Below are positions 7,813 to 15,681 of a DNA stretch of 24,000 nucleotides, piece by piece; within the stretch, counting starts at the first letter, position 1, and each line of letters opens with the position of its first letter. Origin of the DNA: Promethearchaeota archaeon (lineage in GTDB: Archaea > Asgardarchaeota > Lokiarchaeia > Sigyniarchaeales > SOKP01); contig JAHLWS010000082.1 in assembly GCA_019057795.1 (NCBI GenBank), positions 161,538 to 185,537 on the forward strand, given 5' to 3'. Made by a program: the position numbers and the translations under genes. A model generated the notes under the pieces. That model saw only the letters and a program-made list of their open reading frames with translations. It was not told the DNA's origin and made no database searches.

Positions 7813-10800
7813 TTATTCTTGAAATAGTCTCTTATTCACTTCTCTCGCATTAAAAAAACCCTTATGAAAGAGTAAATCTGCAATATCTTCATACTGAACC
7901 TTGAAATCCTGGGTCTCATGTTTTCTACTTATTTCCTTAAGAATATCTATTATAATACTTTCAGTATTAGTATATAGCCATGTTAGGGGTTTTCCTTTTA
8001 ATAATTTAATGATAATCCTAAGAACTCCAAAACTATTTAGTTCAATATAATTCAACAATATTTTTAAAATGAAATGAGGAAAAATATCTAAATTCCCTTT
8101 TGTTAGATCTAAAACTTCATCTAATAATTGGAGGTAAATATCCTCAACATCTAATTTTTCAAACAACAATCCATACCAGTGAAATTCTTTAAATTTTTCT
8201 TCAGAGGTTAAACCTTCATCAGATTTTGCTTTCCTTATCCTGAATTCCCATAATTCCATAATCCTCTCAATAATTTCATCCTTTTTATCTAATTCACTTG
8301 CACGATCAAAAACTTTTATTGTATGCCACATAGCTCTTGAACGCAATTCAGGAGTTGCGTTTGAAAAAAACAGTCTTATAATGGAACCTGCTTGTAAATC
8401 TTCGATTGCATTAACAAATAAAAGTACAATGTGATATGCTAAATTTTCTAATGCTCTTTCAGTGTATAAAGTGCTTGACATATCAACAATAGCAGTTAGG
8501 TAATGATCATACATATGGCTATATATGTATCCATTTAGATTATTATACGAAATATAACTCTCCCATGCGATTTTCCATATTTCTTTATTATCTACTGAAA
8601 AAATGATAGAAATTTTAGAAGTTGCCCAATCTTTATTTAAGTAAAAAATATCAAAAAGTCTATATGATATAATAGAATAGTCAATAATGGCAGTGTCTGT
8701 ATTTGGGTCTAGAATTTCTTCTAGTTTTTCTTTTACCTCGGGTACCATCCTATCATTTTCATTTAGACTGAAGAGTTTAGCACAATACAAAGCATATGCT
8801 AGAAAAGTTCTTAATACAGATCCTCTAAATGTATTTATAGAAAATATGACATAATCTTCATACCCTGAATCTTTAATATCAAATAAATCTAATTCTGGAA
8901 CGCTTATATCAAAGGAATAAGAAATAATTTCCCATATTTTGCTAATAATTTCTGTGTTAATTGTAAGGTCATCGCGACTGAGAATCTCTCTCAAAAACGT
9001 AAGCATTGCTTTCCAGATATCCAATTTACTAGAATCTCCGAGGTCATACTTGTATTTATTAAAAATCTCGATTATTACTTGGATGATTTCGAGTGCATTA
9101 AACTCAATTCCGTCTTTAATAGCGTGCTTATAACCTTCAATTATATATGGAATATATATTATAGGAATATCTTGAAAGTCCTTTATGAGCTGCTTATATT
9201 TTGAAGGATTTTTTGTAATCACTTTACTTATAAAGACACCTAATCCATCTTTAGAAGTAAGAAATTCATTATCACCTGGACTCCAGTCATTTAAGTATCT
9301 AATAAGTTCATGAATAGATAAATTTTCAATTTGTTCGATTGTCAATGGTGATCCTGAAAAAAATCTTGGTTGTTGTGTTAATTTTTCCTTTTCAGAAGGT
9401 TTAACCTTTATAGTTGAGGTCATTAACTCATTATAAATTTCTTTTAAATCCGAGGGAAGATGTGTTTTTAATGGTTCTAAAATACTTTTTAACCAATTTG
9501 ATCTAGTGCGTTGCTTCCACTTCTGAAATTCGGTTTCATTTGAAAAATCCTCTATTTTATAGGGGTATTTTAAAAAATCTGGTCCATCTCTTAACCAATT
9601 AAAAATTAATAATTTTTCCTCTTCAGAAAGTTTAAGAAAATGATTACATAATAGCTCATGGTATTCAATCCAATAAATATTATCTTCAAAAAATTGTTTA
9701 TTAGTAAGACTGGTGTATAAATTACTTTCTAATTGCTTAGGATATAAGTTAACCAAATATAGTTCGATTCTTCTAAAAATGGTCCATTTAAATTCAGAAA
9801 GAACTTTAAAATTAGAAATGAGAAGTACATTACTCTCTTCAGCTATTTTTTCATAATAATGTAAAATTAGATTTATTAGATAATTTTTAGTATCTTTTAT
9901 CGCATGCAAACGAGAAACAGAATCAAGTGATCTCCTCCATCTTTCAGATTTATCTTTATATGTATCATTTTCAATATAGAATTCCGAACTTAATTTTATA
10001 TCTAATGAAGAGCTGATTATTCGTATGAATCTATTTAAAGAATTTTCAATCTCAATTTCTATAATATTGGTAATGAAATCCTCGAAATCAGAGAGTAAAA
10101 AATGAAATTTGTAGTCAATATTTCTGTTTTCTACTTTTATTGCCGGTTCTTCTGTACTAAAGATAATTTTAATTAAATTATAAGCTACATCCAGTTCTTC
10201 TTCTAATATAAATTTATTAACCATTTTCTTTAAAATGACATATTCTTGAATTGAAGAATAATATTTTATCCATTTTTCAATAATTGGCAGTGCATTCTGC
10301 GAGATTTTCACAGGCATATTGTACAAACATTCGAAAAGAGGTCTAAATATTCTGTAATTCTTAGTATTTTCAAGATTTTTGATTACATTAAATACTTTTT
10401 CAGGAATAAGGTGAGATATCCTTATTAAATAATTTACAGGGGGCCAAATAGAAATCATTAAGAAGCCTTCTATTGATTCTGCTTCAGGTTCAGAAAACAA
10501 ATTCCTTTTTTCCAATAGATCAAACCATTTAGAGGAAGAAAGTCTCGTAAAGAAATATTGTGAATGAGTAGGATGATTTAATAGTTGTAGCAATTTTTTT
10601 ATATGAATTTGTTCAGGAACATCAATTTCTAATAGATCATCTAATTCTTGTAAAATTTCCTTATTCGGTTTTAATACTTCATACACAATATATTCAAATT
10701 CGGTTAGATTCTCCTCAAATTCAATATCTTTAGTAGTTATATCATGGCTTGCTAACTTAGAAAAGTATTCACAAAGATCTCTTAACTTATTAAATAATGA

Positions 10801-11583
10801 TGATATCCTTTCAAAAGCTGGTTTTGGGAGCAATTCAGTATTTTTTATGAATCCATCTTTTAAATTGCTTAACATTTTACAAATATACAAGAGTGAATTT
10901 GCTGATTGAGAAAATCTATTTACATGTTTCTCATTTTTAAAGGTTAATTTTGCACCTTTATAATTTTCTGCAGCAATATCATCTAGTTTGAGTAACCTAG
11001 AAATTAGTTTATTTTCCCTGATACCTGTTAATTCCTCGGGCTTTTCTAAGTTATCTAGTAATTTAGAAATAATATCTGCTGGTATAATTAAATCTGAATA
11101 AGTCCTCCTAATTTCGGGAAATTGATCAAGAAATCTTTTAATCTCTTCAGCACCCCAAATATGAATATTTGGAATGACTTTTTTGAACTTAGGTAATATT
11201 TCATTCTCAATTTTATCTTTTGTGCCTGTTTGATAAACTGGAGAGAGAGATACATTCGTTATAAGAATGTAATTATCACAAGGGTATTTGTATTTGTTTA
11301 TAATTTTATTTAATTCATCATCAATATCTTGTTTAATTGCCTCTCTTGCTTTTTCCATCCCAATTTGATCTATATCATGAAATTTTGCTTGAAATATCCA
11401 TTTGCCATTCCAGCGTGCAGGTTCAGAAGGATATGGTGCTTCACCTTCGAATGTGGCTTCTCGAGATCCATCCTTACCCATTCCAAATACTTTAGCGCCT
11501 GGGCCTATTACCCTTTGAACTAAGGCTTGAGATAAGAACTCAAATTCTTCTGAGCCTAATTTATTAAGATTATATTTTGGCAT
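7813..11583 (-). CDS. Large (1256 aa) protein: N-terminal Mrr-like PD-(D/E)xK restriction-endonuclease-fold domain fused to about 1050 aa of alpha-helical, repeat-like sequence; no P-loop seen
   Basis: The N-terminus EEFEFLSQALVQRVIGPGAKVFGMGKDGSREATFEG...GKWIFQAKF gives D38, E42 and Q65-x-K67 (nt 11383-11472). YILITNVSLSP follows, as in Mrr-cat type nuclease domains found at N-termini of defence proteins. The remainder is leucine/isoleucine-rich and helical, and I could find no Walker A motif. Confidence 0.85.
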   Translation of the reverse strand: MPKYNLNKLGSEEFEFLSQALVQRVIGPGAKVFGMGKDGSREATFEGEAPYPSEPARWNGKWIFQAKFHDIDQIGMEKAREAIKQDIDDELNKIINKYKYPCDNYILITNVSLSPVYQTGTKDKIENEILPKFKKVIPNIHIWGAEEIKRFLDQFPEIRRTYSDLIIPADIISKLLDNLEKPEELTGIRENKLISRLLKLDDIAAENYKGAKLTFKNEKHVNRFSQSANSLLYICKMLSNLKDGFIKNTELLPKPAFERISSLFNKLRDLCEYFSKLASHDITTKDIEFEENLTEFEYIVYEVLKPNKEILQELDDLLEIDVPEQIHIKKLLQLLNHPTHSQYFFTRLSSSKWFDLLEKRNLFSEPEAESIEGFLMISIWPPVNYLIRISHLIPEKVFNVIKNLENTKNYRIFRPLFECLYNMPVKISQNALPIIEKWIKYYSSIQEYVILKKMVNKFILEEELDVAYNLIKIIFSTEEPAIKVENRNIDYKFHFLLSDFEDFITNIIEIEIENSLNRFIRIISSSLDIKLSSEFYIENDTYKDKSERWRRSLDSVSRLHAIKDTKNYLINLILHYYEKIAEESNVLLISNFKVLSEFKWTIFRRIELYLVNLYPKQLESNLYTSLTNKQFFEDNIYWIEYHELLCNHFLKLSEEEKLLIFNWLRDGPDFLKYPYKIEDFSNETEFQKWKQRTRSNWLKSILEPLKTHLPSDLKEIYNELMTSTIKVKPSEKEKLTQQPRFFSGSPLTIEQIENLSIHELIRYLNDWSPGDNEFLTSKDGLGVFISKVITKNPSKYKQLIKDFQDIPIIYIPYIIEGYKHAIKDGIEFNALEIIQVIIEIFNKYKYDLGDSSKLDIWKAMLTFLREILSRDDLTINTEIISKIWEIISYSFDISVPELDLFDIKDSGYEDYVIFSINTFRGSVLRTFLAYALYCAKLFSLNENDRMVPEVKEKLEEILDPNTDTAIIDYSIISYRLFDIFYLNKDWATSKISIIFSVDNKEIWKIAWESYISYNNLNGYIYSHMYDHYLTAIVDMSSTLYTERALENLAYHIVLLFVNAIEDLQAGSIIRLFFSNATPELRSRAMWHTIKVFDRASELDKKDEIIERIMELWEFRIRKAKSDEGLTSEEKFKEFHWYGLLFEKLDVEDIYLQLLDEVLDLTKGNLDIFPHFILKILLNYIELNSFGVLRIIIKLLKGKPLTWLYTNTESIIIDILKEISRKHETQDFKVQYEDIADLLFHKGFFNAREVNKRLFQE

Positions 11584-11896
11584 GGGGTAATTAAGAGTGT
11601 GTTTTTAGTTAGATATCTGATTATTTTATTGACTGAGTTAATTAGATTTTTTCACATATTTAAGAATTTAGGATTATGTTATTAGGCGAAAATTTTGAAA
11701 AAGAGCAATATTATTTTAACCTTATGAAGAGAGGAGTGTTTTATGATCTCTAATCTTTCTTCTTCATTTGCATTTAATAGACGCTCTCGGAAGTGTTTTC
11801 TTCTTTCAATCGCATAATCTATCCATGCAAAATGAATTCTAACATTTTCGGGATTCCTTGATATGATAATTTGATTTCAATGATAGAAATTCAAAT

Positions 11897-12688
11897 CTAA
11901 ATAAAAGCATATTTAGAATTATTAATAAGTTTATGGAGAAAATGTGCTATACCTAAATAGCTAATTTCAACTGTTTTTTCTTTTTTATCTTTAGGATTTG
12001 GATGAATGTTCAAAGCTGAAATTTTATTTAGTTTTTGGAGATAACCATTTAAAGATCCTCTAGATAAAGACTCATTCCTTTTATTTTCTAAAGCTTGCTT
12101 AATTTCTTCTAATGAATCATACATTTTTCGATTATACAATAACGGATTATCATTAAAAGATTGTTCTTGCTTGAAGAAATCAAGACAATTTTCATAAACA
12201 CCAAAAAATAACTCTAGAAATTCGAACTGTTTAACTGATATCAGTGGAAAAGGAATGGTAGGTAAATTCATATTCGAGTAAATTCCCACTTCTTCACTTC
12301 CTTCGTATATGAAATCACCGTGAATAATCCTTGTATTAGTTATAGAACAAGCTATATATAACCAAATAACCATATATCTCAATCCTCCAGATATATTTAC
12401 CGTAACATTATCGAATCCTTGAAGTTTTTGCTGGTAAATAAAGTGTGTTAATTCTGCTATCGGTTTTGTTTGAATATGAAAGTCGAATTCAACAGTTTGA
12501 ACAAAGATTTTACGTTCCTCATAATATTTTATTAATTTATTGAGATTTTTTTTTGCTTCAGGTGTACCGGATAGAGGTTGTTTTTCCGTAATTAAGGTTA
12601 TTTTATGGATAATCTCCTTATCAATAGAATAAATAAGTTTTTCTGGTAAATGTCCCACTAAAACAATTTGATTGTAATTTCCATTCAT
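11897..12688 (-). CDS. Csa3-like regulator: N-terminal CARF (Rossmann-like) domain + C-terminal winged HTH
   Basis: The layout is collinear with Sulfolobus Csa3 as I recall it. QIVLVGHLPEKLIYSI (beta1/helix) is followed by ITLITEKQPLSGTPEAKKNL, then VTVNISGGLRYMVIWLYIACS (the CARF SGG-x-R loop, nt 12371-12397). The C-terminal wHTH is SLSRGSLNGYLQKLNKISALNIHPNPKDKKEKTVEISYLGIAHF. Confidence 0.75.
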   Translation of the reverse strand: MNGNYNQIVLVGHLPEKLIYSIDKEIIHKITLITEKQPLSGTPEAKKNLNKLIKYYEERKIFVQTVEFDFHIQTKPIAELTHFIYQQKLQGFDNVTVNISGGLRYMVIWLYIACSITNTRIIHGDFIYEGSEEVGIYSNMNLPTIPFPLISVKQFEFLELFFGVYENCLDFFKQEQSFNDNPLLYNRKMYDSLEEIKQALENKRNESLSRGSLNGYLQKLNKISALNIHPNPKDKKEKTVEISYLGIAHFLHKLINNSKYAFI

Positions 12689-13051
12689 GAGTAACTATTT
12701 TTTCTTTATATAAATCTAAGTTTATATATTTCATTAAAATTATTATTTATAAATTAATAACATTTTTTATAAACATGTTTACTTTTTTTTAGATATATAT
12801 ATGAAAAAGTATATAAACGAACAAATTCACTTTGTGACATGTATTAAGAGATAATAAAAGGCGACCGGTTATGAGTTTAGATAATTTAATAATGAGAAAA
12901 AAGGAAAGTAATTTGAAATTATTTAAAACAACTAATGGAAAAAAATTTAATGAGATAAAGGTCAGTCATGATTTAAATAATAATGAATATATAATCAAAT
13001 TAAAGACAATTTTTTTGCTTTTTCGCTATAAAATTGAAATAAGGTGTGAAA
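12689..13051. promoter_or_regulatory. Divergent intergenic/promoter region between the CARF-wHTH gene and the Cas4-HerA operon
   Basis: 363 nt and extremely AT-rich. TATA-like TTTATATAAA lies at 12705-12714 and TTTATATA at 12721-12728, close to the minus-strand ATG (12688). A perfect 10-nt palindrome AAACATGTTT lies at 12771-12780, with a second ACATGT at 12837-12842. GCTATAAAATT lies at about 13024-13034, and the SD-like AGGTG at 13042-13046 sits 5 nt before ATG 13052. Confidence 0.4.
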
Positions 13052-15667
13052 ATGGGCGCTGAAATCTCTTTTCCGTCGGGAAAAATCCCTATATCAACGT
13101 TAGAAAGGTATTCTTATTGCAAAAAACAAGGGATTCTCTCGATAAGAAAGAAAGAAATAAGAAAAAAAGACACAAAAAAAAAAGTTATAGGACGAATCCT
13201 TCACGAAGTTTTTAAGAATTTTCACGAAGAATGGACAGATATTATGTATAGCCGCCGTGAAAAACGATGTGGTATTAACCGTTTAAAATTAATCCTCGAA
13301 GCAGCTGTGGACCAAGCAAGGGTAACAATGGAAAGCGATCCATCGTATTTGGCCTATGAAGCTCCACTCAATAAAGGTTTTAAGAGGATGATGGAGGGTC
13401 GGAACGGATTTGTGTCTCAAATTAGCAACGCTGCCAGAAAACTCGCAAAAAATAATGATCTTTTTAGATCTGATGAACTACCTCGAACTTATTTCAAAGG
13501 AGAGCCGAAGTTTGAATGGGATGTAGGATTAGAACATTCTCAGCTATACGGAAGAATCGATTGTTTGGTTGAAAAAGAACAAGAACGCGAATTTTTTATA
13601 TGGGAGTTCAAAACTGGAATTGTTCCCGACGAACCTTTTGAAGGTCACGTCTTAGAAGCGGTTGGGTATGCTGTTGTATACGAACAAGAAAGCGAAATGA
13701 AGTGTATAGGACTAAAAATCCTTTATTACGGCGAAAAGGAATTTAATATAGCGTTCACCGATTTCCATAGGGATAAAGTTAATTCCCAAATCCAAGAACT
13801 GTTTGATTACGAAGAAAAAGGAGATATTCCTCACGTTTTAATGGGTAGTAAATGTAATGAATGCGATTTTTATGATGATTGCGTTAAGGAAAGCAAAGTT
13901 ATACAATTGTCTGGAGCAGAAGAAGACATCTCCGAAACAATCGATTCGGATTTAGATTTGGAGAAAGAAGAACAAGAATTAGAAAGTTTTGAAGAGACGG
14001 TAACTGAATCCGGTGAAATAGAAAAAACAACTCCAACACCAATACAAAAAGAAGTGAAATCAACAACAACTAAGAATGATAAACAAGCTATTTCTACTCC
14101 AAAAATGTTAGCAGATAAGGAATTTGTTCCTAAAGAAGCTATTGGGATCGTCATACAATCGGAACAACGCGGATACTTGTTATCTACAGAAAAGAGCAAT
14201 CTGCTCTCAGGTGCGATAAAGCAAGAATTTCAAAGGAAGTTGTATCCTGGTCAGGTTCTGATAACAGCGAACGAGAAAATAAAAGAAATGCCATCTGCCA
14301 TCGTAGAAGTGAAAGAAATAAAATCCTTTCCTAAGACGCTCTCCGCCCCGTTTCGCAAGATTGAAATGTTCAATATTTTGATCGAGACTTCTCCTTTTAT
14401 GTATTACGAAAATCAGCGGTATTCAAAAGTTTTGTTTCCAGCTAATTTTTCCAGTCATTATTTTAGACTTCCTTCTAAACCAGAATTGATGAGAATCATG
14501 AATTTGTTTGGTGAGGGGATCAATTTAGGATTAGTCACTTACGAAATGTTAGAAAATGAATTACCCGACATGGAACTTATTTATAAATACCCGTTCTCGT
14601 TTAAGGAAACGGGGTATAAAGGGATATTTGTTGTTGGTTCTCCTGGAAAGGGAAAGACTAATTTATTAAAAATTCTAATCAATGGCATATCGCAATATGT
14701 CGGAACAAGAGATGGACTGCCTCCAGCTGTTATAGTATTAGATATCACAGGGCAATTTGGTCAGCTTGATAAGCCCACTAAATATGCTACAACCTTTGAC
14801 GAGGAACTTTGGAAATTATTGGATATGAAAATAGTGAATAAATTAAAAGTATTTAAGATTATACATGATTGTGGCGATGGAACGCACACACTATCGTTAA
14901 ACGCCATAGATCCCGAACTAATTAGTTTATTGTTTCCAGAGTTGCCCCCCACTTCTTCCACGAATTTTAAACGGATGGTTAAGATGATATTCAAGGATTA
15001 TCCCGCAGTCAATTATGAGAATTTTGCTAACAAAATTAACGAAATCATACGACGAGAAAGCAGCACGCTAAACTCTCAAGTTGCTAAGGCAATACAAGGG
15101 GCAATAACTAATGGACCCATTGATATTTTTGATCAAGGAGGTAAAGTATTACAAGTAAAGGATATTTTAGTACCTGGTCAAGTATCTGTCATCCAAATCG
15201 ATCACATTGTCGATAAAATGCCGGTTTTATTATATTTACTTTTGATGATTAACAGAAAGAAGATTTACGAAAACGATCAAACACCCGTTATAATGGTACT
15301 AGACGAAGCTCACGAGCTATTTCCAAAAAGTGCTAATCCCGGAGAAAAAGAATATTTGCGACGGGTTTCCCAGAGTTTAATTCGAATCGCTCGACGCGGA
15401 AGGAAAAAGCACTTTGGTTTAATTTTTGCATCTCAACAACCCCACGACATAATACCTGAAATTATTGGAGTGTTCCAAACTAAAATTATTATGGGTTTAG
15501 AAGCAACTTCAGGGAATTGGATAAAAGATACGCTTGGTAGAGAATATGTGACTTTGATATTTAGTCTTGGTCAAGGATATGCTCGAATTTGGAACGCAGA
15601 ACTCCATAAGGGGACGTTAGTTCCGTTATTTATCCCAAAAGCACCTAATAAACACGAAGAGGATTAG
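13052..15667 (+). CDS. Fusion protein: Cas4-type (4Fe-4S, PD-(D/E)xK) nuclease + acidic linker + HerA-type (DUF87/FtsK-HerA superfamily) ATPase
   Basis: The track starts at GTG 13046. ATG 13052 with AGGTG 5 nt upstream is the more likely start. Residue numbers follow the track.
Cas4 part: YSYC25KK, GRID172CL, IWE187FK189TG, EAVGYAVVYE, and C270NEC273DFYDDC279 (nt 13853-13882).
Linker, residues about 286-360: EEDISETIDSDLDLEKEEQELESFEETVTESGEIEKTTPTP.
HerA part: barrel-like AIGIVIQSE...PGQVLITANE...AIVEVKEI, Walker A GSPGKGKT (nt 14636-14659), Walker B VIMVLDEAHELF (D at nt 15302), and ARRGRKKHFGLIFASQQPHDI. Confidence 0.9.
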   Translation: MGAEISFPSGKIPISTLERYSYCKKQGILSIRKKEIRKKDTKKKVIGRILHEVFKNFHEEWTDIMYSRREKRCGINRLKLILEAAVDQARVTMESDPSYLAYEAPLNKGFKRMMEGRNGFVSQISNAARKLAKNNDLFRSDELPRTYFKGEPKFEWDVGLEHSQLYGRIDCLVEKEQEREFFIWEFKTGIVPDEPFEGHVLEAVGYAVVYEQESEMKCIGLKILYYGEKEFNIAFTDFHRDKVNSQIQELFDYEEKGDIPHVLMGSKCNECDFYDDCVKESKVIQLSGAEEDISETIDSDLDLEKEEQELESFEETVTESGEIEKTTPTPIQKEVKSTTTKNDKQAISTPKMLADKEFVPKEAIGIVIQSEQRGYLLSTEKSNLLSGAIKQEFQRKLYPGQVLITANEKIKEMPSAIVEVKEIKSFPKTLSAPFRKIEMFNILIETSPFMYYENQRYSKVLFPANFSSHYFRLPSKPELMRIMNLFGEGINLGLVTYEMLENELPDMELIYKYPFSFKETGYKGIFVVGSPGKGKTNLLKILINGISQYVGTRDGLPPAVIVLDITGQFGQLDKPTKYATTFDEELWKLLDMKIVNKLKVFKIIHDCGDGTHTLSLNAIDPELISLLFPELPPTSSTNFKRMVKMIFKDYPAVNYENFANKINEIIRRESSTLNSQVAKAIQGAITNGPIDIFDQGGKVLQVKDILVPGQVSVIQIDHIVDKMPVLLYLLLMINRKKIYENDQTPVIMVLDEAHELFPKSANPGEKEYLRRVSQSLIRIARRGRKKHFGLIFASQQPHDIIPEIIGVFQTKIIMGLEATSGNWIKDTLGREYVTLIFSLGQGYARIWNAELHKGTLVPLFIPKAPNKHEED

Positions 15668-15681
15668 GGGAGCGACTATAT

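Noticed and set aside
11682-11876. 64-codon minus-strand open frame just downstream of the CARF-wHTH gene (…SRNPENVRIHFAWIDYAIERRKHFRERLLNANEEERLEIIKHSSLHK…).
   Set aside because: It has no canonical start codon after the upstream in-frame TGA, and it is in a different frame from the CARF gene. It is possibly a gene remnant and is not supportable as a CDS.
12871-13062. 63-aa ORF in the divergent intergenic region, overlapping the start of the Cas4-HerA gene.
   Set aside because: Its composition is indistinguishable from the surrounding AT-rich promoter DNA. The product is Lys/Asn/Ile-rich with no motif. A leader peptide cannot be excluded but is not supportable.
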